Notes: generated from the sequence alone by a model not told the origin. A stretch of DNA of 64,000 nt from Paramoeba atlantica (GCA_977017575.1 CDRNVI010000015.1:1-64000); one strand, 5' to 3'; shown: positions 10,459 to 22,900, counted from the first letter of the stretch. Made by a program: numbers and translations.

Positions 10459-11844
10459 ATGGCCAAAATACGTCGAACCGGATTGAAAGAGATAACGTCC
10501 ACCTCTCTAGAGGATGACATTCACCGCGATCACTACGCGCATCCGAAACGTAAGCTGAAGCCAACTGTCCTTGACACCCGACTTCGGGGCCCGAAACCTC
10601 ACCTCACCTCTTCCACCTGTGGGCTCGATGGCCACGACAACGCCGAAGACAGGGAGGAGGACCGCCCCGGTATGAGTGCTAAAATGACCGCAGCATGGCT
10701 GCAAATGGCAAAGGAAGAGCGGAGCGTCGTGGAGGATCAGGAACAGAACGCCGACCAAGGCAATCTAGACGATGACAGCGACGAGGTCGCACAACTTGAG
10801 ATGGACGGCCCAACCTCCGTTGCGAGCGCATTCCCCGAGTTTACCCAAGACCTCTCCGGTTTCGAACTTGACCCCGAAGAGGAGGCCGCGCTGCAAACCT
10901 TCAAACCCACCGACCTCAGTCAATCCCGTACCTTAGCGGATATTATCATGGCTCAAATTGAACAACAAAAACTGCAACACGAACAACATCAACAAGAACT
11001 CCCAAAACCCCATATTCCCCCCTCTTCCCCCCCTTCCCCCTCCACCCCCTCCCCCTCCCTCTACCCCACCCTCGGCCGCCTCCTCTCCACCTACACCTCC
11101 GGCCCCCTCCCCAAAGCCTTCAAACTCCTCCCCCAGCTCCCCCACTGGGAGCCCCTCCTCCACGCCACCCACCCCCCCGACTGGTCCCCGCACGCGCTCT
11201 ACGCCGCCACCCGTCTCTTCGCCTCGAATCTTAACTCTTCAAGCGCTCAGCGCTTTTTTAATCTCTTCCTACTCCCCGCTATTATCTCAGCACTGGCCTC
11301 CCCGAAATCCGAAGCCAAACTCGCGTTACACCCACTAAGGCTACAGGCGATTCAAAAAGCGATGTTCAAACCCCAGGCCTTTATCGCGGGGTTCCTGATT
11401 CCCTTTTGTGCGACCCCCGAGGTGAGTGCGGCGCAGGCCGGGATCGTTGCGGTCGCGCTTCAACGGAGTTCCATCCCCTCGATTCCGGTAGCGCTCGGGC
11501 TGGTGAAGTTGTCCCAGATGAAGTATAGCCCCGTGACCGCTGTGATGATGAAGACATTGCTGGGGAAACGGAATAAACTGCCCCTCCAGGCGGTGGATAC
11601 CCTTGTGGGGTTCTTTTGTGGTTTTGGCAAAAAAGAAGGGGATAAGGGGGGGAGGGGGGGTCCGGGGGTTCTTCCGGTGAGCTGGCACCAGACGCTGCGG
11701 TTGTTTGTGCAGGTGTATGGGGGGGAGCTGGTGGCGGAGCAGGTGCCGCTGTTGCGGGGGGTCGCCCAGCGGCATTTTCATGCGGAGGTGACGCCGGAGA
11801 TTGTGGCGATGTTAAAGGGGCTGGAGCAGGGTGGGGGGAGGTAG
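10459..11844 (+). CDS. BYSL: Bystin / Enp1, pre-40S assembly factor
   Basis: LGRLLSTYTSGPLPKAFKLLP..WE.LL..T.P..WSPHALYAATRLFASNL...AQRFFNLFLLP and LPVSWHQTLRLFVQVY. Confidence 0.93.
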   Translation: MAKIRRTGLKEITSTSLEDDIHRDHYAHPKRKLKPTVLDTRLRGPKPHLTSSTCGLDGHDNAEDREEDRPGMSAKMTAAWLQMAKEERSVVEDQEQNADQGNLDDDSDEVAQLEMDGPTSVASAFPEFTQDLSGFELDPEEEAALQTFKPTDLSQSRTLADIIMAQIEQQKLQHEQHQQELPKPHIPPSSPPSPSTPSPSLYPTLGRLLSTYTSGPLPKAFKLLPQLPHWEPLLHATHPPDWSPHALYAATRLFASNLNSSSAQRFFNLFLLPAIISALASPKSEAKLALHPLRLQAIQKAMFKPQAFIAGFLIPFCATPEVSAAQAGIVAVALQRSSIPSIPVALGLVKLSQMKYSPVTAVMMKTLLGKRNKLPLQAVDTLVGFFCGFGKKEGDKGGRGGPGVLPVSWHQTLRLFVQVYGGELVAEQVPLLRGVAQRHFHAEVTPEIVAMLKGLEQGGGR

Positions 11845-12105
11845 GGGAGGGCGAGGGGCGGGTGAGGAGGTAGTTTTTAAAATTTGGAGGAGAAAAGTTT
11901 TTTTGGATTGTGTTAAGGGAAAGCGGTAAGGAGAATTTATGTGGAGGAAATTAAGATGTAATGTGCAACAAGTGAAATTTCCTCATGCCGGAAAAATATC
12001 AAAGTACTTCACTGCGGGAAATCAGTGCGAGATTCGTTTGCTCAACACAACGTTTTCAAAAATGTACATCTCTTTTTTCATAGTTTTATTGTCCTCTTTA
12101 GCGAA

Positions 12106-12720
12106 ATGATAAATTCGTTACTACGCATCCTCTCCGCAGACACTCCTTCGAAACCTGCGACGCGTGCAAAGATTCGAGGTGCAGTTCTGCCCGTGGAATA
12201 TGATCTGGAGCGGTTTATTAGTAATGTGACTAATCCAAGCTCAACATGGACAGTAGCAAACCATGCGTTCAAGTGGGACGGTGTGCGAAAAAATCGTGAC
12301 GAGGTAGTGGGGGAAATTGTGTGGCAGGGGCGTAGTCTCTCAGGAACATTGTGCTGGGAGTACATGCCAAGCACACTTACATTTTTTGACATTCAAGATA
12401 ATCGTATGGCAGGCGAAGTGACGTTTAGCGTATTGCCCCATACGCTAAAAACATTAACACTTTCTCGCAATTGCTTTACGGGACATCTGGATATGGCATC
12501 TGTTCCGCGCACCCTGTCAGCATTGTTTTTAGTCTCAAATAGATTTCATGGCGAAGTGAGGACGAGACAAATCTACCCAGAACTTGCTTATTTCTACATA
12601 TCCGACAATCCTGATCTTACAGGGAGTATTGTTCAAGCGCAACTCGCCAATCCCGACGTAAAACTCGGCTCTATGCTTTCAGCTGGGTACATAGGCAACA
12701 CTCAAGTGGAAGTGCATTGA
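12106..12720 (+). CDS. Leucine-rich repeat protein
   Basis: Cap W...HAFKWDGV; LRRs FDIQDNRMAG, LTLSRNCFTG, YISDNPDLTG. Confidence 0.8.
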   Translation: MINSLLRILSADTPSKPATRAKIRGAVLPVEYDLERFISNVTNPSSTWTVANHAFKWDGVRKNRDEVVGEIVWQGRSLSGTLCWEYMPSTLTFFDIQDNRMAGEVTFSVLPHTLKTLTLSRNCFTGHLDMASVPRTLSALFLVSNRFHGEVRTRQIYPELAYFYISDNPDLTGSIVQAQLANPDVKLGSMLSAGYIGNTQVEVH

Positions 12721-13329
12721 AGATTGATGCTTCAGTAGGTGTTATTGCTGTTATGAAGCTCAGGAGTAGAAAAGAAGACGAGGGATAAATCTTTAATTTC
12801 CACTGCACGAGAGATCTATAGAATCTGTAAATAGAAAAGATGCTTGTTGTCTAATAATTACAAACATAAAAAATGTTGGTTGTCTAAATGTTTATATCAA
12901 ATGATAAGGAAAGCACATGCATCTGCTTCTTATATCCTATAACGCACTTCATTATAGAGAAATACTCTGCAAACCCACTGACTAGTGAAGATTAAACTAT
13001 TTTTGAATAGACAACCGTATCAGAGCTGAACATACGATTTGCTTGGTCAATTTTATCAGTTTTTTATTGATTTTCATCCGAAATAGTGCTGTGATACAAA
13101 AAGAAGTATGTTACAGAACTCATTGCCCTATTTCATGTAGGCTTGAATTATTCAAGCTCAAATTCTAATATATCTGTAGTCGAGAGGGACCAAAGACGAA
13201 CGAAGGGGCAAAAGAGTTGCTCATAGAGCTGTTCTGATGTGCTACAACCATAAAAATAATGAAGACTCCAAACCGCCTTCACCCGAAAACAGCGTCGTGA
13301 ATTTACCATCTCCTTCCTTACAACCTAAC

Positions 13330-13962
13330 ATGCGAGGCCCACTGCTGGTCTGTTTTGACTTTGATCGAACCATCACGACACAACACACGCACGGCGTGCA
13401 GCCGCTTCAAAATCTAACAGAGACCCATGTTCGTCGAAACTTTCGTGATTTCTCATTTTTCTCTCATTTGTGTCATTCCTTACACAACGCGGGACATCGG
13501 CTCGCCATTGCGACGTTTGCAGACTCTCGTTTTGCGCGGCATATTCCCGTGGAGAGGAGTCCTATCGCTGGGGCTGCCCTTGTGTTACGGTACATGGACG
13601 TAGCTTTTGGTTCTCCACGTCCTTTTCTACAAGAAAGTGACATGGCATGTTGGTATGAGTCCAATCAGGTCCGGGGAAAAAATGCGCATCTCCGAGAGCT
13701 GCGGTACAAGTTTACGAAATCCTGCAGTGCGCGTGATAAGAGACGGGGCCGATTCCCGCGCGAGAGAGTCGTGCTCTTTGATGATGACGAGAACAATATA
13801 AGAAGAGCGGAAGAGAAAGGCTACAAAGCGTTTCACTGTCCCGACGGGCTCACCGGTCGATGGTTTCATGCACACCCAAGACTGTCTTCCACCCTATGTG
13901 TTAACCCACCAATAGCAGCATCTGATATAAGTGGCTTTTCTAAGCAACACAAGATACCATAA
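13330..13962 (+). CDS. HAD-superfamily hydrolase-like protein
   Basis: Motif I CFDFDRT and motif IV VVLFDDDENN..A...G; an upstream in-frame ATG at 13237 is possible. Confidence 0.6.
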   Translation: MRGPLLVCFDFDRTITTQHTHGVQPLQNLTETHVRRNFRDFSFFSHLCHSLHNAGHRLAIATFADSRFARHIPVERSPIAGAALVLRYMDVAFGSPRPFLQESDMACWYESNQVRGKNAHLRELRYKFTKSCSARDKRRGRFPRERVVLFDDDENNIRRAEEKGYKAFHCPDGLTGRWFHAHPRLSSTLCVNPPIAASDISGFSKQHKIP

Positions 13963-14229
13963 AGAGCAGAAATGCTTAGCTTTCTTGCTTGGTTACTTGA
14001 TGAAATTAAAATCCTTCTACAATATCAATACATATTGAATACTCAACATTGTATACATTGTAAATGAAGTACATATGGAACGTAGCAGACTATTACGTTT
14101 TTCTATTTGCCCGACGCAACTGTATCTAACTTTATCTAGGCATTGTAAAGAAACGGCAATTGCAGAAAAACCTGAGATTCTAGAAATGACTTCGTTCAAT
14201 ATCATATTCGAACGCTACTGTATTATGAT

Positions 14230-17196
14230 ATGATACGCATTGTGTCCTGTCTTTTACGGCGCGAACCGTCAGATCGACTTGATCCTGAAACGACTACAAA
14301 CGATACGGAACCCGCTACGCCGACGATCCCAACCACTTCAACGGCAGATTCTAACGGCAACAACCGCACAAGGATCGAAAGAGAACATGTCGGTTCCACA
14401 GACCCCCTGTCCGGCGCCAAATCCTTAGATTCTCCAGCATCCATCGAGACCCCTCCTGACCCCGAATCCAATATTCCTTCCGAGTGTGACGAAGTTGAGA
14501 CCGAAAATTCATCCAATGCCCATGAAAATTTACCTCATGCTTCTTCCCTTCGTAAAGACGCCATCCCCGATCATGCATCCCTCGACTTCTCTTCCCATGC
14601 CATGACATCCGATCGCATCGCATCCAAAACGGAAACCACAACAGAGAGCGCGACGACAAAGATGGAAAATCATGATTGCGATATCCATGATGGTGATACG
14701 GAGACCAACCATCCTGATCTTATACATCACGATGTGGATGCCAATCATGCTCTGGATACAAATCGAGATACAGATACAAATCGAGATACGGATACCCATC
14801 ATGATCTTGATACAAATCGTGATACGGACACAAATCACAATCTTGATACAAATCAAGATAGCGTTACCAATCCCGACCTTGATACCCATCGTGCTAGCGA
14901 TACCAATCCCGACCTTGATACCCATCGAGATACGGATACCCATCACAATCTTGATACCAACCATGATCGCGGTACCCATCGAGATAGCCATAAATCGGAC
15001 CGTTCCCCCTCTCTGCCCTCCGAGCCCCCACCTCGTATGGCCACAGACGATGAGATTCTCGCAGAAGTGCTGGCCGCGGAGCAAACGTTCCCGATCTCCC
15101 CCCTTGTCTACACGTGTGACATTTGCCCTAAAGTCATCTTTAGCTCCGAGGCCTCCCTGGAGCACCACGTCGCGACCCGACATAAGAGTATGATGGAGGG
15201 GATTCATGATGTGTTGGGGCGTCGGAAGGAACTGATGCAGCGGGAGGGAACCCCGAACAAGGCGAATACAGCGGAAACAGAGAAAACGAGCGCGTATGAA
15301 CAAAAGGTACGAAATCTCGGAAAGCGTGCGTTCGAGATTGCCGCAGGACGCGATGCGGGGTATGAAATGTTACGTCGAGCCGCGCTGGCACGACAGCAGC
15401 TGCAGTGTGTGGTGTCGCAATGGAATGCAAACGCGGAGGTGTTTATCTTTGGTTCGAGTCTCGTGATGGGGTCCTGGGACGGGAACTCGGACCTGGATTT
15501 TGCGGTCGTCGATCCAAAGGCGTTTATGGAACGGAAATGGCCCCCGGATGAGCGTCATGCGGTACGGGAGCTTACGACGCTACTCGAGGCTGCTGGGCTG
15601 CGGACGTCCTCACTGGAGTGCGTGGACAGTGCCCGGGTGCCGATTGTGAAGCATAAAACGCTTCAGGGGGATTTGTGGAAACCTGGAGAAGAGGGGAAGG
15701 ATGAGTCTGGTCGCGAGCGTCGTAGTGTGACGGTGTCGTGCGTGGTAGTGCCGAAGGAGTTTGATGCAGAAAAATTAGAGACACACGTGCGTGACGTCGT
15801 GAGGGAGGCTGGGGTGTTGGAAACATCTTCGTGGGATAACCGTCGTGGGTTACGCGTGGTGTGTGCCACGACGACGGATGCACTAGTTGCGACGTTGAAT
15901 TTGAATCGAAATCTGAAGTCGGAAAAGGTGGTTAAGCTCCGCGCTCGGCCCTCGAACAGCATGCGAGCGCCAGAAATTCACGGAGTGGACTTTGACCTGT
16001 GCTTGCGGCAGTTTGGTATTCGAAACTCGGAGTATCTTCGGCAGCTGCACAGTTCTTTTCCAAACAGCCCGTATCTTCGATGTGGGGCCGTCATTGTCAA
16101 GGAATGGTCAAAACTGTGGGGTGTGAATAACTCATTCATGGGGTTTCTGACATCTTATGCGGTAAACATCATGTGGATCTACTTTTTAATGCAACGAAAT
16201 GTAATTCCCTATGTAGATCCCGCGTCTACCTCGGAAGACCCGAGTAAGGCGGCAAGGGAACCCACCCATGTTTCCATACTTCCTGGCGACTTTGAGGAGC
16301 CCAGTTCTCAACTCCAAATGGGAGAGCTGCTGACCCAGTTTTTTCATTTCTATGCCACTGAATTTGACTGGGAAAATCATGTTATCACGCTAAACCGGCC
16401 CGGAATCACAACCAAAAGTGCGTTGAAGTGGGAACCCGTCAACGAAGTCAAGCTCAGCCGGCAGAGCAAAAACGTACGCTATGTGCTGTGCATCGAGGAC
16501 CCCTATGAGCCCAACCTCAACCTTGGGCGACATTTGGGCATCTGCAAGGCACGCAAAATTAAAGCCGAGTTTATACGCGCTGCATTGTCTCTCCGAGATG
16601 AACCGCCGGAGAGCTGTGCGCTTTTTCTTGTCAAAGGCGCCCCGACGCCTCACGTCGCGCTTCGTGATCCCCCAAACGAAGCCGTGGAGAAACTCCGCGA
16701 AGTTACTGAAGCCCATTTCAAGTCCCAGGAGGCCAATGACACTGCACAGCCCGTCACCATTGACTCCCTCCGTGACGCATTTCTCCAGGAGGCTCCGGAG
16801 GCTTTTAAAACAACCACTCAGTTCTGGAAATGGCGTATTCTAATACGTCGCCTCGGGCTGCGTCAAGTCATCGATCGTATCGAGCGTCGCACACGCTTTG
16901 CCTTCACCCCCTCCCATGGACGTGGGGAAGCCATGGTGCGCATTCCGACGACACGAAATCGACAGGAGAACCCCTCGAGTCCAGCTACAGGCTCAGGGGT
17001 GCAGGGATCCGATAACAGTAAGAGTCCTCCTGTAATAGTAAAGGTGAGTGCACCTGCAGGGAGGATATCCACTTTGCCATGGAACCCCACATTGGGTGTG
17101 TACTCCCGCATCGGGATGCGGAGCTTCCGAGGAAGGGAGACACTTTGGAATAGTGCGGTCCGTGTCTTTTCGAAGTGCGTTCGACCTTTTGTCTGA
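14230..17196 (+). CDS. RET1: Mitochondrial RNA-editing 3' terminal uridylyltransferase 1
   Basis: C2H2 finger CDIC...LEHHVATRH; catalytic FGS..MGSWDGNSDLDFAVV...WPP.E..AVR; ARVPIVKH; DFDL...GIRNS; PAP-associated CIEDPYE.NLNLGRHL. Confidence 0.88.
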   Translation: MIRIVSCLLRREPSDRLDPETTTNDTEPATPTIPTTSTADSNGNNRTRIEREHVGSTDPLSGAKSLDSPASIETPPDPESNIPSECDEVETENSSNAHENLPHASSLRKDAIPDHASLDFSSHAMTSDRIASKTETTTESATTKMENHDCDIHDGDTETNHPDLIHHDVDANHALDTNRDTDTNRDTDTHHDLDTNRDTDTNHNLDTNQDSVTNPDLDTHRASDTNPDLDTHRDTDTHHNLDTNHDRGTHRDSHKSDRSPSLPSEPPPRMATDDEILAEVLAAEQTFPISPLVYTCDICPKVIFSSEASLEHHVATRHKSMMEGIHDVLGRRKELMQREGTPNKANTAETEKTSAYEQKVRNLGKRAFEIAAGRDAGYEMLRRAALARQQLQCVVSQWNANAEVFIFGSSLVMGSWDGNSDLDFAVVDPKAFMERKWPPDERHAVRELTTLLEAAGLRTSSLECVDSARVPIVKHKTLQGDLWKPGEEGKDESGRERRSVTVSCVVVPKEFDAEKLETHVRDVVREAGVLETSSWDNRRGLRVVCATTTDALVATLNLNRNLKSEKVVKLRARPSNSMRAPEIHGVDFDLCLRQFGIRNSEYLRQLHSSFPNSPYLRCGAVIVKEWSKLWGVNNSFMGFLTSYAVNIMWIYFLMQRNVIPYVDPASTSEDPSKAAREPTHVSILPGDFEEPSSQLQMGELLTQFFHFYATEFDWENHVITLNRPGITTKSALKWEPVNEVKLSRQSKNVRYVLCIEDPYEPNLNLGRHLGICKARKIKAEFIRAALSLRDEPPESCALFLVKGAPTPHVALRDPPNEAVEKLREVTEAHFKSQEANDTAQPVTIDSLRDAFLQEAPEAFKTTTQFWKWRILIRRLGLRQVIDRIERRTRFAFTPSHGRGEAMVRIPTTRNRQENPSSPATGSGVQGSDNSKSPPVIVKVSAPAGRISTLPWNPTLGVYSRIGMRSFRGRETLWNSAVRVFSKCVRPFV
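14734..14985 (+). repeat. 18-bp (hexapeptide DT[N/H]xDx) coding tandem repeat in the RET1 N-terminus
   Basis: DTNRDTDTNRDTDTHHDLDTNRDTDTNHNLDTN...; GATAC(A/C)-based units. Confidence 0.85.
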
Positions 17197-17473
17197 ATCG
17201 GGCCTCCTTGTTGAGAGTCACTTTATAAGGCATCTTTCGCTTCGGAGAGATTCTCTTTATTGGATAACCGTCATGAATTATGTACTCTAGTAAATAAAAC
17301 ACTCATTATGATAGTGAACTTTGAAAGGCTTGAAAGCGTTTAAATTAAAATACTCAAGTTCAATAAGCGTTTTGTTTTCGAACATTCAAAAGCAATTTCA
17401 CATTACTCACATCTAAGTTTTATTCATTCAATCGTCTTTTTCACCCCTACTTTGTGCGTTTACATGTCGTGAA

Positions 17474-19720
17474 ATGTTCGCCAGATGGAAACGTATCCTT
17501 TTCGCGTTCCCTCCCTCGCTCAAAAGGATGAACGGAGCACATTCCGAAGAAAGCGGACTACACACTCTCCTACACGCGATTGCGAAACGTGGGGATAACT
17601 ATACACACCTTGAAGCTGCTTATGTTCTTAAATCATTGCGTGATCTTCCTTTAATTGGAAAAGCTGAGGAGAAAACAACTAACGGCATTACCCCTACCTC
17701 GTCCGGGAGCGACTCGGAGAAAGATTATCTCGAATATCTTCGAAACTCTCTCGCGGTTGTACGCTCCACTCTCGCCACCAAACCCCCTTCGAGTTACTCC
17801 ATGACCATCTGGTCCCACTGCGTGCAACCCTGCGAGAACGCGGCCTTTGTCTCCCAAACCGAGGCCGTGGATGTGCTCACGTCCTTGAATGTCATTGGTG
17901 CGACCTCGCTGCTCATCGCCTTGGCACGGCTCGGAGTCAACGACGAGTCCCTGCTGGCACGTATCGTCGAGACTTTTAAAAAGTATCCCCATCAGCTCTC
18001 CGCACACAACATTTCGAATGCACTCAACTCTATGAGTAAACTTGAGTTCGCCCATCAAGAGACTCTGGACGTGCTGTGCCGGGAGGGGAGAATACGAAAA
18101 AAGGATTTCACCCCACAAGGTATTGCGACCTCTCTGAATGCACTCTCACATGTTTCAATACCTCTCGCGAAGGAGGAGTTTATAGGAGCGCTGAAAGAAC
18201 ACACGCGAGAGACCTGTGGGAAATTTACAGGTCAAACCTCTGCGATCGTGCTGGGTGCGCTGTACCGTCTAGGAGCCGGTAAAGCCGATCGCACGGTACA
18301 GAAAGTGTTATCCCTTGCGCCACGCAGTATCCCAGGAATGGATGCTCACAGTATTGCCTCTATTGCGCGTACGTTATCCCAATATGAAATAACAGACCCC
18401 AAATTATTTTCGCGCATCGTAAAGCGAGCCATTGAACGTATTCATGATTTCCCTCCCCAGGGGATTGTGTTTTTATTACGATTCGCTTCGGATTATGCAA
18501 ATGTCGCAGAAGTTGCCACCGAACGTTCAGCTTTGCTTAATGCCTTGGTGCTACAAATTATGCGACAAGTTCCTTCGTATAACTGCGTGAGTGTTACGGC
18601 CTCGTTGCAAGGGTTAGCAAAATGTGGAATGGTTTCTGAGGAGGCCGTCGCCCACGCGTTGTTTACCCGAGCGATGGAGTTGCTGGAAAAAGCGTCGGAA
18701 CAACAGCCCAGTAAGTTTGTCACGGACTGTGCCATTTTTGGCGGACAATCGCTCGGCATGCTGTTTGCAGGGCTGCATGATTTTCAGTACGCCAATGAGA
18801 AGTTAAGTATTGCCGCAGTTGCGCTTGCAAAGCGTTGGCTGGGGTGGTATGAAAGTGACACGGCGGTGCACCTGTTGTGGGGGCTGTCGATGATGGATCA
18901 AATTCCCGAGGCACGAACCGAGCTAGTCTCTTTAATTTATGAAAAAATTGCTCCCGAGCTGTCGTCAAAAAGCGGAAAAATGCTCTCCTCCGTGGTCACC
19001 TCCTATGAGCGGGTCGGGCTTGCCGATGAGACGTTTCTGGAGGCAATGATAGACGCCATCAAGAGTCAGGCCGCGAGGCTAGAGCCGTATCACCTTTCTT
19101 TGATACTTACAAGTTTATATCGAATGGGATACACCGAAGTGCGGGAGCTGACAGCGCATTGCATTGCGAGTTTCTCGCTCAAGCCCCAGGAGAAGGGGAG
19201 TACCTCCCTGGTACGTTTGTTAAACATGGCAGTGGTCACGGAGATTGATATCCTACCCACCCGTTTAAACGAGCTGGTCGCTCTGATTGTGCTGCAGCTT
19301 TCCCACATGTCCTGCTTTGAGATCAGTCACGCACTGCATTTTGCGAAAGTGTTTGTGCCTCTGGAGGATACCTCTCTATCGTTGCTCTCGGAAGCGGCCA
19401 GTGCAAGGCTGCTAGAGGCACTAGGTTACGGGCTAACGTGGCCCATTGCACAACGCTTATTGGAGTTCTACAGCTCCACGTACACTTGTCCGCCGAGTTT
19501 ATTAAATAAGCTCGCAAAAAATCTTTGTAATATAGAAATTAAGAGCGTGAAATCAGTTACGCGTACGGTTGCTGTGCTGAAGATCTTAGGAGAGCTTAGA
19601 ACGAAAGATGAAACGTTTACCGAATTAGTAAAAAAGGCTTTGCTATGTGCCAAGAAATTTGGTGTCAGAGATGCTTTACCCGTACTCGAGTCTTTAGTTC
19701 CCGAATTTTCGGCCGAGTAA
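17474..19720 (+). CDS. Helical-repeat (HPR/FASTK-like) RNA-binding protein, probably mitochondrial
   Basis: Repeats of about 37 aa: LSAHNISNALNSMSKL, FTPQGIATSLNALSHV, MDAHSIASIARTLSQY, FPPQGIVFLL. Confidence 0.55.
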   Translation: MFARWKRILFAFPPSLKRMNGAHSEESGLHTLLHAIAKRGDNYTHLEAAYVLKSLRDLPLIGKAEEKTTNGITPTSSGSDSEKDYLEYLRNSLAVVRSTLATKPPSSYSMTIWSHCVQPCENAAFVSQTEAVDVLTSLNVIGATSLLIALARLGVNDESLLARIVETFKKYPHQLSAHNISNALNSMSKLEFAHQETLDVLCREGRIRKKDFTPQGIATSLNALSHVSIPLAKEEFIGALKEHTRETCGKFTGQTSAIVLGALYRLGAGKADRTVQKVLSLAPRSIPGMDAHSIASIARTLSQYEITDPKLFSRIVKRAIERIHDFPPQGIVFLLRFASDYANVAEVATERSALLNALVLQIMRQVPSYNCVSVTASLQGLAKCGMVSEEAVAHALFTRAMELLEKASEQQPSKFVTDCAIFGGQSLGMLFAGLHDFQYANEKLSIAAVALAKRWLGWYESDTAVHLLWGLSMMDQIPEARTELVSLIYEKIAPELSSKSGKMLSSVVTSYERVGLADETFLEAMIDAIKSQAARLEPYHLSLILTSLYRMGYTEVRELTAHCIASFSLKPQEKGSTSLVRLLNMAVVTEIDILPTRLNELVALIVLQLSHMSCFEISHALHFAKVFVPLEDTSLSLLSEAASARLLEALGYGLTWPIAQRLLEFYSSTYTCPPSLLNKLAKNLCNIEIKSVKSVTRTVAVLKILGELRTKDETFTELVKKALLCAKKFGVRDALPVLESLVPEFSAE

Positions 19721-19967
19721 TTCAGGATATTTTAAAAGTTTGTAGATGTTATACACCTCAGTAGCATTTTAATTTTTAGCCCCTCTTTCGAGAGTTTAAA
19801 ATATTTAATTGTTGTAAACTGAAAGTTATTATCAAGCTATTCCAAGGTTATGCTACACATTACAAAAACTTTTGAACTCTACGAAAATTTTCTCCCTAAT
19901 CTACGCCGAAGACTATACGCTTCGTTCTATTATTTCCATAATATTTATTGTAGTATCTCCATTTTCA

Positions 19968-22900
19968 ATGGTCGACGCTAAGAAGAAGAGAAAAATACTC
20001 AATGCTCGCCGGGGTTTAAGTCACGACCAGACTTCCTTTTCAACAAGCGACGAGGACAATGAAAGTCAACAACTCGACGAAAATTCTTCACGAAAGCGAG
20101 GGAAAAAAGTGTCCATGTCATTCTTCTTGCAGTGTTGCGCCCACTTTAGTGACTCTTTGTCTCGGCACTCCAAAAAGGTACTAGAAAAGAACTTAGAGTT
20201 TGCACAGGAAAACATACACAAAAACGGTCAAGAGATAGCTATTGCCGTTTTAGGTCGTATTATAGAATCTGGCCCTGGTCGTGATCGACTTGGGGCTTGG
20301 TACCTTCTTGACGTCCTACTAAAAAAGGAGACGACTCAGTATCCTATTGCGAAAAAAATACTGCCGGTGATCCAAGATGTGATACGGTATCGCTTTGACA
20401 TAGGAGATGATGATTTCGGAGCCAAATACATCACCTTACTTTCGTCATGGCGCGCACTCCTTGAGCCATCAATATATGCAGCTTGGTATGATGCTACACG
20501 ATATGCTATGAAGCGCCATGGCGAGCAGCTTGCCCTTTCAGAAGAAGTTCGCCGTTTCTTATTCTTACATAAGGCATACGTTGTAGAGCAACTTCGACGA
20601 CTCCGACAGCCGGCTAAAGTGAGATGGGCCATTGGCATTTACGAAATATACGGCCTTAAATTTAGTGAAAAAGAGAATGAACCGGAGTTGCTGGAAACCC
20701 TGAACCAGAAGAAAGCGTTGGTAGAGGCGGAGGAACTGCGAAGAGCACATGCAACTCTAAAAAGCGTTAGATTTTGCGCGAATTGTCGTGTCCCAGGACA
20801 CAGGATTGGAAAATGCCCGGAACACTTTTGCAATTTATGTTTGTCTATTGGACATGCAATTGAAAATTGCACAGCACAACATAAGTGTCCCTACTGCCAG
20901 CAGACGCTTCCTCCATCCCTTGAAATGAAAACTGGGAAAGCAAAGCTTTTTAAGCATGTCCGAGAGGGTTGTGCGAACCAAACGACGTTCGCGATAGAAA
21001 CTTTGCAGAAACTTGGCTTCCCGTGGAAGAAATATGTAATGAAACAATCCACTTTATTGGATGAGGTAATTAAAAAGATTCGCCAAGACCGAACTATGGA
21101 GGAGGGTCTCCGGAAAGATGCACTAAATCAATCAGCTCTCATTCTCCACAGTTTTGGGATTTTGCGGCGTCATGGTAGCCTCGAATTCTTGGAGGAAGCA
21201 AGGGATCCAATCATGTTTCTTGTTTCCAATCCTCCGCTGTGTACTCTGACTGAGGTGGAGGAAAGCGGAACTACAGCCATGATAGATGTACGTTTGACAG
21301 AGTGCGCTTCGAAGCGTGAATTGCTCCGTATGCTATCTAATCGTTACAAACAAGTCATAGAGAATCTTCTTTTTTATGTGGCACATGACTCACTCACTAC
21401 CGCAGATGTGGAAGCTATTGAATCTACAAAACGTTTTCAATTGTATTTGGGCTATGCCAATCCGAAAAATGCAAAAACGTTTGACGCATATGTTGAGGCA
21501 CTCTCACGTCAAGGCATCCGTCCAGAACAACTTCGAGAGGCTTTAACACGAACCCATGCCCTCTCGGATAATCTCTGCATTCATTGCCTGAGTCGCGTTC
21601 ATTTCAGTACGGATTGTCCATCACGAGTACAGGACGAACTTCGCTATGATCAGCGACTCGCGGTGAACTGTCTCACCCGTTTTGGCTGGCAGACCGAACA
21701 TCAACCGAACCTGGAGAAATGGAACCGAAAAATACAACAATCAAGTGATATCTTGAGCCCCTCCCAAACCGTTGAACTTTCTATGGCAACATCAATAGTG
21801 ACTGATCCACTGGATCCCGTACCCTACTGTACGGAGTGCAGAATGTATCGTCATTCAGAATCACGATGCCATAAACGTGCACTGCAATTCCTTGAATCAC
21901 ATGACATTCGTCTTTGTGAAATTCTGTTCTTTCCTTGGAAGGTGTCGGAAATGCTAGAAAAATGGTATGACCGTGACAAGGAACTCTGGGAAAGAATGTA
22001 CACTGCCGTAGAGCTCTATGTTCCGGAAAAAGAGCCAAACGCCTTTATTATGGCAGCCGAACTTTTAGACGCATGTGGTCTCAAGTTACAAACGATTCAA
22101 TACTACTTGTCTAGTGTAGAGCGCGCATTGCATCATCCTGGGCTATTAGATGTCCTGTCCGGGACGTACCTTAACGCAACCGGTAAGAAGCTTACCCTTC
22201 CGTCCCTGAAATACGCCTTTAGTGTAGTCACTTCATCTGGTTTCCCAACGTTGTGTTACGCTTGTGGTGATGTTGGTCATCAAGTCGACGGCTGCCCCCA
22301 ACCACCACGGTACATGAAGCATCTCATCCAACGAGCTCGGGAAGTGGCACGCCACAGTGTCCATCTTTTAGAACGCTGCATACGTCGGGATACCACGGGA
22401 GCAAAAGAAACAATGCCCGAGGACACACGCCGCGCAGTAGAAGACCTTTTTGCCTGTGTCCAGAATCTGCGACCCACGGCTGAGGTTCTGATCTACGGCA
22501 CTCATCACATGGAGGATTTACAGGAGGCATTCTTTGTCCTACGATCCCACGGTCTTACCTGGGAGGATGTTATCAACGACGATCCCTGTGTGCATTCTCT
22601 GCTTCGTACACTCTATCACAACCGCAGCTCGCACCTTCGTGACGTTGAACAGGCGCTTGACGTTCTGCGCCACTGCTCCAACCGTCCCCCATTTTGTACA
22701 CACTGTCAACATGTGGGCCACCTCCCCACGTCATGTCCTCTTTTGCAACCCCCATCCCTCGAGCCCATCGTCCGCAGCATGGACAAAGCTCTTGAAGCTC
22801 TTCCCCTCACTGTCGATGAAATCTACGAAAGCACCCCCGAAGCCGTCTACCAAATCCAGAAAAACGCTCGCAAGACTGCAATGAAAACCATGTCTGCCTT

